64,000 nucleotides of DNA from an uncultured Gammaproteobacteria bacterium (GCA_938084745.1 CALKEZ010000022.1:24140-88139), one strand, 5' to 3'; numbered from the stretch's first letter, positions 19,269-30,159 are shown. The notes: a model not told the origin generated them from the letters alone. A program made the numbers and translations.

Positions 19269-19514
19269 TTATTTAATTAATAGTTCCTTTTTTGTCTTTG
19301 ACAATTTTTTCAGAGCTGCTTCACGTTTACTCGCAGATGAACGATCAACATGTGCTTCCTGATATACCAGCTTTACCGGTCGCCGTGAGCGAGTATAGGC
19401 AGAGGCCAGACGATCATTGTGATTATGTTCGTTTAACCTTCGATTTAAATCGCGGGTTATGCCTGTATAAAGAGAGTTATCAGAACAGCGAAGAATGTAG
19501 ACTGTCCATTCCAT
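19269..19514 (-). CDS. small stand-alone GIY-YIG domain protein (YhbQ/UPF0213-like)
   Basis: 81 aa containing VYILRCSDNSLYTGITRDLNRRLNEHN. Confidence 0.8.
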   Translation of the reverse strand: MEWTVYILRCSDNSLYTGITRDLNRRLNEHNHNDRLASAYTRSRRPVKLVYQEAHVDRSSASKREAALKKLSKTKKELLIK

Positions 19515-19567
19515 GCTTAAAAGTATTACCTGGTAAAAATCATTGCGTTGTCAGAAAACATACTATG

Positions 19568-21910
19568 CTATTGAACAGTTCCGAGGAGTTCTTCAGCATC
19601 TGCCCTGGCAACATAATACCATCCGGTTGAATTCAGTTTGTAATAAGCAATCAGTTTTTCACGGCCACGATCGAGGTAGAAATAATGCCCTGATTGACCT
19701 CTATTTATTTTGTTAACCACATATTCATTCGGAAATATTTCCAGATTTTCAATTGCGTTTATTAAAGTACCAACACCATAAGGTTGAGCTCTGTCAGCTG
19801 ATGAGACGATAATCTCTGCTTTATCATTGAGTAGATAAGTCTCTTCGAGACCATCAAAACCATACACGGGCATTAATCGTTTACGGATATATTCCAGTGT
19901 CAGTTCAACACCTGCGACACCAATAAATTTACCCTCATTGTTATAGAGAGGATTGGTTGCAGGTAGTAAAACACCTCGCCCACCGACATCGATATAGGGT
20001 TGTAGCCAGTTTATGCCCTTTTTACCCATTGTGGTTCTATACCATGGGCGTTGTCTGGGATCATATGATTGCGGATAACCGATTTTGCCCGGATAGTCAG
20101 CCAGAATACCTTCTTCCAGACCGACATAGGACCAAACCAGAGGCAAACCTTCCTGCATAATTATCTTGTGTGCAGCCTCATCGTCATCGGCGGCTATAGT
20201 ATCTTTGTGACTTTTCAGCATCAGGGATTTAAACGAATGCCGGATTGGGTTTAATCGTTGCAGTATCGGTTTCACCTCATACTCACTGACACCGGGCGCT
20301 AATTTATAAACATGATAGTCAACGCTGACGGGAAAACCGTAAACCTCTGAAAATTTATAATCTGCGGGGCCATTGCCGGGAACCGCTAGCGTTTCGTTAG
20401 TATAATAGAGTGATGTATCAGGACTACCCTGGTTTAGCAGGCTGGTCGCGCCGATAGATAAACCTTCCAGAATTCCTTCATACTTTAAAAACTGTGTGTC
20501 AATCTGCTGTGCTTTAGTTGCGACTTTGTTAATGAAGACATTTGTCTTTTGTCCTTCATCCTGTGTTTCTTTCATCGTTTGCATTTGCATGACGAGAATC
20601 GCCACCACAGATAAAAAGCTGGCGAGGAGTGAATAGAGCATGATGTTTACTGCCGCTTTGCGGTGATGTGTGATCCAGCGCATAAACTTCTGTTTTTTCG
20701 ATTCCGGTCGCGCCTTGATTGCTTCACCATGCATGAAACGACGTATATCATCTGCAAATTCAGCAACCGTTGGATAGCGATCTTCTGGCATGTATTGTGT
20801 CGCTTTTTTAACGATAGCTAGCAACTGTTCCTGTTCATCAGCCTGTTTGCCGTAAACCGGAGGGGGATCGATATGGCCACGACGCGCTTTCATCATCACT
20901 TCATCGATATTCTTGCCATTGATCGCACGGTGAAATGTCACCAGCTCAAACAGGATTAAACCCAAAGCATAAAGGTCGCTGCGATGATCAAGGATATCGT
21001 GCTCACCTTCTGCCTGTTCCGGTGACATATACGCCGGGGTACCCATTACCTGCCCCATCTTGGTCTTATGATCTTCATCTACTTCTTCGTGTCCGACCAG
21101 TACAGTTTTATCGCCAAAGGTTTCTTTATCGACTTCAACCGTTTTCGCAATACCCCAGTCCATGACATAAACTTCGTTATAAGGTCCAATCATGATATTC
21201 AAAGGTTTTAAATCACGATGGATCACCCCTTTACGATGCGCATAATGCATGGCGTCACACACTTTCAGAAAATGTTCCAGTCTGGCATGCAGGGTATGGT
21301 GTTCATCTGGTTCACCAAACTTTACATATTGTTCCTGTGTTTCACGTATGAGGCCTTTCAGGGTTATGCCATCAATTAACTTCATGGCATAGCCAACGGA
21401 ATCGTTGGTCGTCATTAAATCATAGACGGGTACGATGTTTGGATGTTGCAACTGTGCGGTAACCTGGGCTTCCATGTAAAATCGACCGAGATAACTCGGA
21501 ATTTCAGCTACATGCGGATGAATTTTTTTATACGCTACCGTGCGATTTAATTTATTGTCCCTGGCGATAAGGATTTCGCCCATAGCACCTTGATCGATTG
21601 ATTCGAGGATTGTGTAATTCTCGTCATCAACATACGTGCCGCTAATATTTTCAGTTATTGGTTCTGAACTACTCCGTTTTTTACCGATATCACTAATGTC
21701 AGTGATATTTGCAATAGCGGTTAATTCAATTTTCTCATGCGATTGAATGTTCTTGAATTCTTTCGCGGTGATAAGTTTCAACTTATAAAGTCGATGCACA
21801 AATTGATCTTCCGTATGCTCACCATTTTCAGCCATAAACTCCCGGGATAAGGATTCCAGTTCAGACAGGCTGATAGATATAATGTTCTGTTTAATGGCTT
21901 CAGTTAACAT
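19568..21910 (-). CDS. receptor-type Hanks Ser/Thr kinase: cytoplasmic kinase, one TM helix, Cache-like periplasmic domain
   Basis: Kinase motifs VAYKKI, HRDLKPLNIM, DWG and GTPAYMSPEQ. TM helix AAVNIMLYSLLASFLSVVAILVM. The C-terminal roughly 340 aa contain the YDPRQRPWY motif typical of dCache domains. Confidence 0.85.
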   Translation of the reverse strand: MLTEAIKQNIISISLSELESLSREFMAENGEHTEDQFVHRLYKLKLITAKEFKNIQSHEKIELTAIANITDISDIGKKRSSSEPITENISGTYVDDENYTILESIDQGAMGEILIARDNKLNRTVAYKKIHPHVAEIPSYLGRFYMEAQVTAQLQHPNIVPVYDLMTTNDSVGYAMKLIDGITLKGLIRETQEQYVKFGEPDEHHTLHARLEHFLKVCDAMHYAHRKGVIHRDLKPLNIMIGPYNEVYVMDWGIAKTVEVDKETFGDKTVLVGHEEVDEDHKTKMGQVMGTPAYMSPEQAEGEHDILDHRSDLYALGLILFELVTFHRAINGKNIDEVMMKARRGHIDPPPVYGKQADEQEQLLAIVKKATQYMPEDRYPTVAEFADDIRRFMHGEAIKARPESKKQKFMRWITHHRKAAVNIMLYSLLASFLSVVAILVMQMQTMKETQDEGQKTNVFINKVATKAQQIDTQFLKYEGILEGLSIGATSLLNQGSPDTSLYYTNETLAVPGNGPADYKFSEVYGFPVSVDYHVYKLAPGVSEYEVKPILQRLNPIRHSFKSLMLKSHKDTIAADDDEAAHKIIMQEGLPLVWSYVGLEEGILADYPGKIGYPQSYDPRQRPWYRTTMGKKGINWLQPYIDVGGRGVLLPATNPLYNNEGKFIGVAGVELTLEYIRKRLMPVYGFDGLEETYLLNDKAEIIVSSADRAQPYGVGTLINAIENLEIFPNEYVVNKINRGQSGHYFYLDRGREKLIAYYKLNSTGWYYVARADAEELLGTVQ

Positions 21911-22021
21911 ACTTAATAGAGAAGGAGAATAATATTGCAGCTGAGATTAACATCAAAAATACTATCTTTTCTGCCGACATAAAGCCAGTGATGGATGGGA
22001 CTAGAGTGTTGAAAACGACGT

Positions 22022-23182
22022 CTATTTCACGAATATTTGCAGTAGCTCATTAAGGTAGTGTTGTCCTTTAACTGAAGGTTTCAGGTAATTCAGTTGCCAA
22101 TCAATAAGCCCTTGTTCTTCTGCCTGAGTCAATTCTTTCTCCGCCGTCTTTAAAAGCATACCCGTACGCTCAGAAAACAAACGTGTTGCGACACCCTCGT
22201 TTAAGCGCAAGGCATTCATCATAAACTCAAGCGCAAGCTCATCGCGTTGTAAAACCCGTGTTTCTGTAATAACGGCATTCGTTCCAGCCAATTCGATATA
22301 GCGTTTCGGAATTTTATGTCGCGTGTAACGTTCTATCTTTTTTTCTGCAACATTGGTGATCTTGCCATGCGCACCTGCTCCAATGCCAAGATAGTCGCCA
22401 AACTGCCAGTAGTTCATATTGTGTTTAGCAACATGGTTATCTCGTGCATAAGCTGATATTTCATATTGCCTATAGTTTTGTTCCTGTAGATAGGCTTGCC
22501 CTTGTTCCTGCATAGACCAGATAGCATCTTCACCGGGTAACACCGGCGGCTTTGAATTAAACACTGTGTTCGGTTCGATTGTCAGTTGATACCAGGAAAT
22601 ATGGGTCGGGGATTGAGCTACGGCAATTTCCAGATCGTGTAATGCATCAGCAATGGACTGACCGGGCAAACCAAACATCAGGTCTACATTAAAATTCTCG
22701 AAGCCTGCTTTTCTGGTAACGTCAATGGCATAAAGCGCCTCGGCTGCATCATGTATGCGCCCTAGCGCTTTAAGGTTTTTGTCATTAAAACTTTGCACGC
22801 CAAGTGATAGTCTGTTGATGCCTATTTCTCTATAAGCCCTGAATTTATCCGCTTCCGCTGTACCGGGATTCGCTTCCAGCGTGATTTCTATACCCGGGTT
22901 GATATTCAATCTGGCACGCGTCGCACTCAACAATCGGTCCAATGCTGTTGCTGAAAATAGACTTGGCGTACCGCCACCAATAAAAATACTGTGGATTGTC
23001 CTGCCCCAAATCCGTGGTAGCTCTGACTCGATATCGCGTATTAATGCATCAACATAAGCATCTTCTTCCAGTCCAACAGCTGAAAATTCATGTGAATTGA
23101 AATCGCAATATGGACACTTCTTTATACACCAGGGCAGGTGGATATAAAGTGATAGTGGAATGGCTTCTGTGAAGTTCAGCAA
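22022..23182 (-). CDS. hemW: radical-SAM heme chaperone HemW
   Basis: LYIHLPWCIKKCPYCDF (CxxxCxxC) and the HemN-like C-terminal domain. The start appears to be TTG. Confidence 0.9.
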   Translation of the reverse strand: MLNFTEAIPLSLYIHLPWCIKKCPYCDFNSHEFSAVGLEEDAYVDALIRDIESELPRIWGRTIHSIFIGGGTPSLFSATALDRLLSATRARLNINPGIEITLEANPGTAEADKFRAYREIGINRLSLGVQSFNDKNLKALGRIHDAAEALYAIDVTRKAGFENFNVDLMFGLPGQSIADALHDLEIAVAQSPTHISWYQLTIEPNTVFNSKPPVLPGEDAIWSMQEQGQAYLQEQNYRQYEISAYARDNHVAKHNMNYWQFGDYLGIGAGAHGKITNVAEKKIERYTRHKIPKRYIELAGTNAVITETRVLQRDELALEFMMNALRLNEGVATRLFSERTGMLLKTAEKELTQAEEQGLIDWQLNYLKPSVKGQHYLNELLQIFVK

Positions 23183-23211
23183 AATGAAAAGTTATATTTT
23201 TTCGGGATGCG

Positions 23212-26200
23212 TTATTTTAACCGAGCAGGCTCAGGTTCGACATTTTGCCCGGTTTTATCTATGCCAAACCTGGCCCGCACCTGCAACACCAACGATAGCA
23301 AACACGGCATGAACGTTAAGGTGATAATAGTGGAAAATAAAAGTCCGAACAGAACAATAGCGCCCAAGCCTCGGTAAAGCTCTGTGCCCGCACCCGGGTT
23401 AAACACCAGTGGTGATAAGCCGACGATGGTCGTGATCATGGACATCATAATTGGACGTAAGCGAGATTCGGTACTCTCACGAATCGCGGCAATAAAATCC
23501 ATACCCCGCGTTCGGATATTTGCCATGGTCCTTTCAACCAGCAAGATTGGATTATTGACGACGGTGCCGATGAGAATTAAAAATCCCAGCATGGTAATCA
23601 TATCGAAAGACTGACTGATATTTTGCAGACCAATCTTATCGAGCTTTCCACCAAAATAATTCACCAGCCAAAGCCCAACAATTCCACCGCTTATGCCGAT
23701 AGGCACAGAGGTCATAATTAACAGTGGGTAACCCCAATGTGAGAAGATGGCGACCATTAGCAGGTAGGCAATAAAAATCGCTGTAATAAAATTAACTTGC
23801 AAGGCTTCGCGTGTTGCATCAAGTCGATCACTGGCACCGCTGATATGCATAGTCATACCGGATTGCAATTGACCATTATCTTTCATGAACTGGATAAGAT
23901 CCTGTTTAACAATACGAACACCTTCCTCCAACGGCACATTTTGCGGTGGAATTATTGACAAGGTAATCGTACGCCGACTATCAACCCGGCGGATGGTCTC
24001 CGTACTCACCGTATCTTTTATTGTTGCAACAGCACTTAAAGGCATAATACCACCGACCCGTGAATAGAGCATAAGGTGGTTAATATCTTCAGGCGACTGG
24101 ATCACACCATCTGTTGAATAAAGAAACATATCGATCTTTTTATCGCCCTTAAAATACTCATCAACAAAGGCACCATCGGAATAAGCCCAGATAGTATAGC
24201 CAAGCTCATCAGCATCAATTCCAAGCTCAGCCGCCCGCTCCCAGTCTGGCCGAATTTCAAGCATGGGTTGTCCCAGTGTCAGTGATGAGGGATCCGGTTT
24301 GACCCCGGGCTTGTCAAAGATTTCTTTAGAGCGTTTAAAGGCCTTTAAGCCAACAGCATATAAACTTTCGAGTTCAGAGCCACTGATATCAATATTAATA
24401 CTGCGTGTGCCACCTGAATTCCCCGAGAAGATACTGCCACGCGAAACAAAGGTAATGACGCCTGGAAATTTGCTTACATAATCCTGGGTTAACTCAATTA
24501 ATTTATTCAGATGTACACGCGAATTCACTTCGACGACAAAACGTGTCATTGATGAATCGGTAAACATAACGATGTAATCCAGTGGCGGCATGTCATCTTC
24601 GCCACCCTGGTAAGTCTCCGGATCCATTCCTATATAAGGCATATAGTATGCATTCACGTCTTTTGCGATGGCGTCCATCTCACCGATGTTGTATCCGGGC
24701 GGTGCAAAGATTGAGGTAAATATTTTTTTTTCTTCGCCTTCGGGCAGGTATTCGGCTTTCGGGGTTAACTCTTGCAGTATTAAAATAGTCAGCAATAACA
24801 CGCCAACGATAAGAACCACACGGCGTATCACACCATGCAATAACCAATCGACAAACCACATAATCACAACACCACAACGCTGGCCCAGACGGTAAAGCCC
24901 AAAACGGGACGGGGGTGACGTGTTCGGTTTAAGAAAACGACTGCAGGCAACCGGAATGACGGTGATGGCAACAATCATTGACATCATAATTGATGCTGAA
25001 ATTGCGACAGCAATATCTGAATATAATTGTCCCGCTTCTTCCTTGATAAATACAATGGGTAAAAATACAAACACAGTTGTCAGCGTTGAGGCCAGTACCG
25101 CACTCCAGACTTCCTTAACACCTTCGAAGGCCGCCTGAAATCGGGTTTTTCTTAGAGACATATGTTTATAAATATTCTCCAGCACAACAATACTGTTATC
25201 CAGTGTCATACCAATCGCAAATGCAACGCCCGCCATTGAGATGACGTTCATGGTGCGACCGGTAATTAATAAACCAAGGAAGGCCGTCACCGTGCACACA
25301 GGAATACCAATCGCGCCGACCAGCGTTGCTGAAGTAGAGCGTAGAAATAAAAACAAGACTAATGTCGCAAGTAGAGCACCTATCAAAAGGCTTTGCGAGA
25401 CGACCTTGACAGATTGCTGCACGTAACGAACATCTTCCGAAACCAGCTTCATGTGCATGCCGTTTTCTTTTAGAAAGCCTTGATTGAGTTCTTCCATAAC
25501 TTCAAGTGTATCTTCCATGATCTGAATAACATTGGAACCAAGCTGGCGTTGAACGGCAAGGTTGATAACCGGTTCACCATTGGTATACGCAATAGACCGA
25601 ATTTCGGAAATAGATTGTTCCACATAACCCACATCCTTTAAGCGTACAAAGGCATCGCCTTGTTGTGCAATCACCAGGTTCTCTATTTCTTCAATACTGT
25701 CAAAACGTCCACGTGTACGTAACATATAGCGACGCTTACCTGAATTGAGATCACCACCGGAAACATCACGGTTACGCGCACGAATAGCATTGCGTACATC
25801 GAACAGGCGTATATTGCGTTCAGCAAGTTTTATCGGATCAACAAAAATTTTTATTTGTGGATCTTCACCTCCACGCAATCGCACAGAATCGACACCGGGC
25901 ACACGTTCGATAAATGTCTGGACGTTATCTTCCAGAAAATCGCGCATTTCAACGATATTAATGTTCTTCGGATTTCCGGCTAACGGCGCAATAGTAAAGT
26001 ACATAAATGAGTTACTGGAAAATGCGCTGGAGGTTATACGTGGCTCGTCGACATTTTCCGGATAACCTGAGACCTGGGACAGCGCATTGTTAACACGTAA
26101 CAACGCTTCATTTATGTCTATGCCGTGTATAAACTCAAGTTCAATCTCGGCGCTACCCGTACCGGCGCTGGCGGTCATGCGCTCAAGACTCGGAATGCGG

Positions 26201-26409
26201 CGCAGATATTCTTCCTGTTCAATCAATATCTCTTTTTCAATGTCTTGCGGTGTTGCACCAGCCCAACGGGTCTGTACTGAAATTACGCGTGGATCCAGAT
26301 CAGGGATCATTTGCACCGGGACGCGAAAAACTGACAACACACCAAACAGGCAAATGATCAGGATTGCTACAGTGATAATGATCGGGTTATTGATTGCGAA
26401 ACGAATCAT
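23212..26409 (-). CDS. RND efflux permease (AcrB/HAE family)
   Basis: 1065 aa with a 12-TM layout. N-terminus MIRFAINNPIIITVAILIICLFG and two large periplasmic loops. Confidence 0.9.
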   Translation of the reverse strand: MIRFAINNPIIITVAILIICLFGVLSVFRVPVQMIPDLDPRVISVQTRWAGATPQDIEKEILIEQEEYLRRIPSLERMTASAGTGSAEIELEFIHGIDINEALLRVNNALSQVSGYPENVDEPRITSSAFSSNSFMYFTIAPLAGNPKNINIVEMRDFLEDNVQTFIERVPGVDSVRLRGGEDPQIKIFVDPIKLAERNIRLFDVRNAIRARNRDVSGGDLNSGKRRYMLRTRGRFDSIEEIENLVIAQQGDAFVRLKDVGYVEQSISEIRSIAYTNGEPVINLAVQRQLGSNVIQIMEDTLEVMEELNQGFLKENGMHMKLVSEDVRYVQQSVKVVSQSLLIGALLATLVLFLFLRSTSATLVGAIGIPVCTVTAFLGLLITGRTMNVISMAGVAFAIGMTLDNSIVVLENIYKHMSLRKTRFQAAFEGVKEVWSAVLASTLTTVFVFLPIVFIKEEAGQLYSDIAVAISASIMMSMIVAITVIPVACSRFLKPNTSPPSRFGLYRLGQRCGVVIMWFVDWLLHGVIRRVVLIVGVLLLTILILQELTPKAEYLPEGEEKKIFTSIFAPPGYNIGEMDAIAKDVNAYYMPYIGMDPETYQGGEDDMPPLDYIVMFTDSSMTRFVVEVNSRVHLNKLIELTQDYVSKFPGVITFVSRGSIFSGNSGGTRSINIDISGSELESLYAVGLKAFKRSKEIFDKPGVKPDPSSLTLGQPMLEIRPDWERAAELGIDADELGYTIWAYSDGAFVDEYFKGDKKIDMFLYSTDGVIQSPEDINHLMLYSRVGGIMPLSAVATIKDTVSTETIRRVDSRRTITLSIIPPQNVPLEEGVRIVKQDLIQFMKDNGQLQSGMTMHISGASDRLDATREALQVNFITAIFIAYLLMVAIFSHWGYPLLIMTSVPIGISGGIVGLWLVNYFGGKLDKIGLQNISQSFDMITMLGFLILIGTVVNNPILLVERTMANIRTRGMDFIAAIRESTESRLRPIMMSMITTIVGLSPLVFNPGAGTELYRGLGAIVLFGLLFSTIITLTFMPCLLSLVLQVRARFGIDKTGQNVEPEPARLK

Positions 26410-26424
26410 AGCTTGCGTAGATAC

Positions 26425-27534
26425 CTAGAGCGGGTAATCCAGTTTTTCCAGAATATTAACACTTTGCCCGGCTTGTAATAATTCATTGCCTTTAACGATA
26501 ATTTGATCGCCGGCATGAACATCGCCAAAAGCGATTTCTATATTTTGCAGATGACTTTTACCGGTTTTAACCTGCACCGGACTTGCTCTGCTGATACCTT
26601 GATCCTCGGCCACTACCCACACCGTTTTTGTGCCATCCGGTTTCTGTATAACGGCATCTCTCGGCAGCAAGACGGAGGGTGTGGTATTCGATTCTGCCAA
26701 TTTAAAGATAACCCTGGCAGACATGCCGGGCGCAATGAGTCGCTGTTGATTATCAATTTTTATCATGACTGGCAAGGTTCGGGTACTTTGGCTACTGACC
26801 GGAACCTTGGTCGTAACTTCTGCGGCAAACTCCCTGTCCGTTATCGCATCATATTTAATTTTCACCGGTGTCCCGACATTGATTTGACTAAAATAATATT
26901 GCGGCACCTGTACTTCAACACGCAATGGATCCAATTCTGTCAATTCAAATAAAGGTGTGCTGGTTTCAACCCATTGACCGACCTCTACCATTTTACGCGT
27001 AATAACACCGACAAACGGGGCGTATAAAGTATGGTGTTCCGAAATGACCTGTTGTCGTCTTAGATCTGCCTCAAGACGTTCAACGATAGCGGTGTTAATT
27101 TCAACCGCCGCGGCGGCGGCCTCAAATGCTGTGTGCGCAATATGTTTTTTTTCTACCAGTTCAGCCGTTTCATCACGCTGCCGCTTAAATTCATTTAAGC
27201 GCGCTTTCGCTTCACTCAATTGTGCGCGTACACGTGCTGTTTCAATATCAGCCAGTTGCCGATCAAAGTGCAGAATGGGATCACCTTTTTTAACGGTGTC
27301 CCCTTCATCAACTAGCAAAGATTCGATATAGCCTTCTACTTTTGGCGATATCCTGGAAGTACGAATTGATGTGACCGATCCAGTCAACGGTATTTCTTCA
27401 TTGACGTTGCCAACTTTTGCTGTAACCACGCTGACTGGTGTAATGGACTCTTGCGCAAACAGATTAGCGCTGTATAACATGACAATGGTAATACTCAGTT
27501 TAGCGAGTGATTCCGAAATACGATTTATAGTCAT
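26425..27534 (-). CDS. RND efflux periplasmic adaptor (membrane fusion protein)
   Basis: 369 aa with a signal sequence, lipoyl / alpha-hairpin / beta-barrel layout (GDTVKKGDPIL, the coiled-coil ARVRAQLSEAKARL). It sits directly upstream of the RND permease. Confidence 0.85.
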   Translation of the reverse strand: MTINRISESLAKLSITIVMLYSANLFAQESITPVSVVTAKVGNVNEEIPLTGSVTSIRTSRISPKVEGYIESLLVDEGDTVKKGDPILHFDRQLADIETARVRAQLSEAKARLNEFKRQRDETAELVEKKHIAHTAFEAAAAAVEINTAIVERLEADLRRQQVISEHHTLYAPFVGVITRKMVEVGQWVETSTPLFELTELDPLRVEVQVPQYYFSQINVGTPVKIKYDAITDREFAAEVTTKVPVSSQSTRTLPVMIKIDNQQRLIAPGMSARVIFKLAESNTTPSVLLPRDAVIQKPDGTKTVWVVAEDQGISRASPVQVKTGKSHLQNIEIAFGDVHAGDQIIVKGNELLQAGQSVNILEKLDYPL

Positions 27535-27838
27535 AAAATTTTGTCCGCCCTTTCCCTACCGAATCTCTGACCGCTATTTTGGCAACCGGTTCGAAAACCG
27601 AATATGCACACACAATTATCAGACTATTGTACATGGATATATTTCACGAAATACCACTTTCAGGTTTATCTCCTGCAAACCTGATCACGCTTAACAATGC
27701 ATTAATAAGACTGTCATGGTGGATCTTAAAGAATATCTGGAACGGATGCGGTCCCGCATGTCTCTCCTGTTCCAGCGATAGATCGGGAGATATTTTTAAT
27801 TCAAATAAAAAAGTATCTTAATGACTCGAACCGGTTCA

Positions 27839-28435
27839 TCAAACCTTGATTTGCTTAATCAAATTATCCAGTGCTTGCCCACGATGACTGAGTTTGTTTT
27901 TGATTGCCGGTGATAATTCTGCAGAAGTGCAATTATGGGTTGGGACATAAAACATTGGATCATAACCAAAGCCATCTAAACCACGCGGCTCATCTATGAC
28001 TAATCCGTCCCAGACACCCTGGCTGATGACAGGCGTGGGATCATCTGCGTGTCTCAAAAAAACCATGACACAAACAAAACGTGCCGTTCGTTCTGCTTCA
28101 GGCAATGGCCTGATCTCTTCAATGAGTTTACTCAGATTATCTGCATCGCTGGCACCGGGACCGGCATAACGGGCAGAATAAATTCCGGGCCTGCCTTTCA
28201 ATGCAATAACCTCAATACCAGAATCATCCGCGATGACCGGAAATTGAGTATAGCGCGCTGCGTTTCGTGCCTTAAGCAGGGCATTTTCAATAAAGGTTAA
28301 GCCGGTCTCTTCTGCCTCGATGACATTAAACTCGGATTGTGGGCGTATATGAAACCGCGTACCGGCAAGGCATGCATTTATTTCCCTCACCTTGCCCGGG
28401 TTATTACTCGCGAGCACTATCTGCTGTTTTTCCAA
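27839..28435 (-). CDS. rdgB: non-canonical purine NTP pyrophosphatase RdgB/HAM1
   Basis: Motifs LASNNPGKVREI, FGYDPMF and SHRGQA. Confidence 0.9.
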   Translation of the reverse strand: MEKQQIVLASNNPGKVREINACLAGTRFHIRPQSEFNVIEAEETGLTFIENALLKARNAARYTQFPVIADDSGIEVIALKGRPGIYSARYAGPGASDADNLSKLIEEIRPLPEAERTARFVCVMVFLRHADDPTPVISQGVWDGLVIDEPRGLDGFGYDPMFYVPTHNCTSAELSPAIKNKLSHRGQALDNLIKQIKV

Positions 28436-28454
28436 GACTTATTTCCCCGAACGA

Positions 28455-29171
28455 TTATTGCTCAAGTGCATTGCGTTGATGTTCAAACAGTTCTGTTATT
28501 CCTTTTTGCGCCAGCTTCAACATGTCGTTTAATTCATCCGGCGTAAAAGCATGACCCTCTGCTGTACCTTGTACTTCAATAAAGTGGTTGTCGTTATTCA
28601 TAACGACATTCATATCCGTCTCGGCAGTAGAATCCTCCGCATAATCCAGATCCAGTACCGATTGACCGTTATGCATACCGACTGATATGGAGGCGATCAT
28701 GCCCTTCAGCGGATCTGACTGGATTAAACCATCGGCCCTGGCTTTGTTAATCGCATCGGCCAATGCGATGTAACCACCGGTGATCGATGCCGTACGTGTT
28801 CCACCGTCAGCCTGGATAACGTCACAATCAATGACTATAGTATTTTCACCCAGTGCACTCATATCAAGCACTGCACGTAGAGACCGTCCGATCAAACGCT
28901 GAATTTCCATGGTACGGCCACCCTGTTTATTTTGTGCTGCTTCGCGGCGCATACGTGATCCGGTCGATCGAGGCAACATGCCGTACTCAGCTGTAACCCA
29001 GCCCTGACCTTTGCCACGCAGGAATCCAGGCACACCGGAATCGAAACTGGCATTACAAATCACCTTGGTATCGCCGAACTCAATCAATACAGAACCTTCA
29101 GCATGGCAGGTGAAATTACGGGTTATTGTGACCGGTCTCAGCTGATCCGGTGAACGTCCACTTGGGCGCAT
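28455..29171 (-). CDS. rph: ribonuclease PH
   Basis: [20 protein letters not shown]...[16 protein letters not shown]...[19 protein letters not shown] set the start at the ATG at 29171. Confidence 0.92.
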   Translation of the reverse strand: MRPSGRSPDQLRPVTITRNFTCHAEGSVLIEFGDTKVICNASFDSGVPGFLRGKGQGWVTAEYGMLPRSTGSRMRREAAQNKQGGRTMEIQRLIGRSLRAVLDMSALGENTIVIDCDVIQADGGTRTASITGGYIALADAINKARADGLIQSDPLKGMIASISVGMHNGQSVLDLDYAEDSTAETDMNVVMNNDNHFIEVQGTAEGHAFTPDELNDMLKLAQKGITELFEHQRNALEQ

Positions 29172-29287
29172 AGATGACTCCAATATAAAAAAGGGCTGCA
29201 TTATAACGATAAAATGTGTCTACGTATTTCCCATCTACGACTGAGACGTTAGTATTGCCTGATAATAATAGTTAAAAGGAAAATTTA

Positions 29288-30154
29288 ATGACTAAGAGTA
29301 TGACCGCCTATGGTAGAGCCGAGCTTTCCGGAGATTGGGGTGAGGCCTCTTGCGAGATTCGTAGCGTTAACCACCGTTACCTGGAAATGTCGATTCGTCT
29401 ACCGGAGGAGTTACGTCTACTCGAACAGAGTATCCGTGAACATATAGCCGCTCAACTGAAGCGCGGTAAAGTTGATTGTAATATTCGTTTTGAACAACGT
29501 GAAAATGCGCGTGAAGCCTTGCCTGTCAATCAGGCGCTGCTGTCAAAAGTAATAGCTACCGCCGAGCAAACCACTGCTCAGTTAAAGACAGCTGCACCCT
29601 TGAATGCACTGGAGTTATTACGCTGGCCCGGTGTGCTGGATAGAGATGTACCCGATCCCGAAGCAATCGGCACACCGCTACTTGAGTTGGTTGATCAAAC
29701 CCTGATAGCCGTTGTTGAAACGCGGCAACGTGAAGGCGAAAAGACGAAAACGATGATTCTTGATCGCTGCAAGGCGGCCAAGGACATTGTTGCCAATGTG
29801 CGTGTACAAATGCCCGCTATTCTTGACGGGATCCGTGAAAAATTAACATTACGTGTTCAGGAACTTAGTGCTGATGTCAATAACGAGCGTCTGGAGCAGG
29901 AACTCTTGTTATTATCGCAAAAGATGGATGTAGCTGAAGAAATGGATCGTCTGGATGCTCATATTGATGAGGTTCAGCGCGTGCTGGATCAAAAAGAGCC
30001 CGTGGGAAGACGACTGGACTTTTTAATGCAGGAAATGAATCGGGAATCAAACACACTAGGCTCGAAATCTGCTCATCTGGATACCACCGGTTCATCTGTG
30101 GATCTCAAAGTATTGATCGAACAGATGCGCGAGCAGATACAAAACATAGAATAA
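29288..30154 (+). CDS. yicC: YicC-family stress-induced protein
   Basis: MTKSMTAYGRA...IRSVNHRYLE...DFLMQEMNRESNTLGSKS. The gene is divergent from rph, as in enterobacteria. Confidence 0.85.
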   Translation: MTKSMTAYGRAELSGDWGEASCEIRSVNHRYLEMSIRLPEELRLLEQSIREHIAAQLKRGKVDCNIRFEQRENAREALPVNQALLSKVIATAEQTTAQLKTAAPLNALELLRWPGVLDRDVPDPEAIGTPLLELVDQTLIAVVETRQREGEKTKTMILDRCKAAKDIVANVRVQMPAILDGIREKLTLRVQELSADVNNERLEQELLLLSQKMDVAEEMDRLDAHIDEVQRVLDQKEPVGRRLDFLMQEMNRESNTLGSKSAHLDTTGSSVDLKVLIEQMREQIQNIE

Positions 30155-30159
30155 CTAAT

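Noticed and set aside
19269-19514. GIY-YIG gene as a homing endonuclease, mobile element or defence nuclease
   Set aside because: This is an 81-aa stand-alone YhbQ/UPF0213-type protein with no DNA-binding extension, no intron or intein context, and no flanking repeats.
27579-27821. 80-aa plus-strand ORF in the spacer between rdgB and the RND adaptor gene
   Set aside because: It has no SD, an odd composition and no motif. The region is more likely the promoter/operator for the efflux genes.
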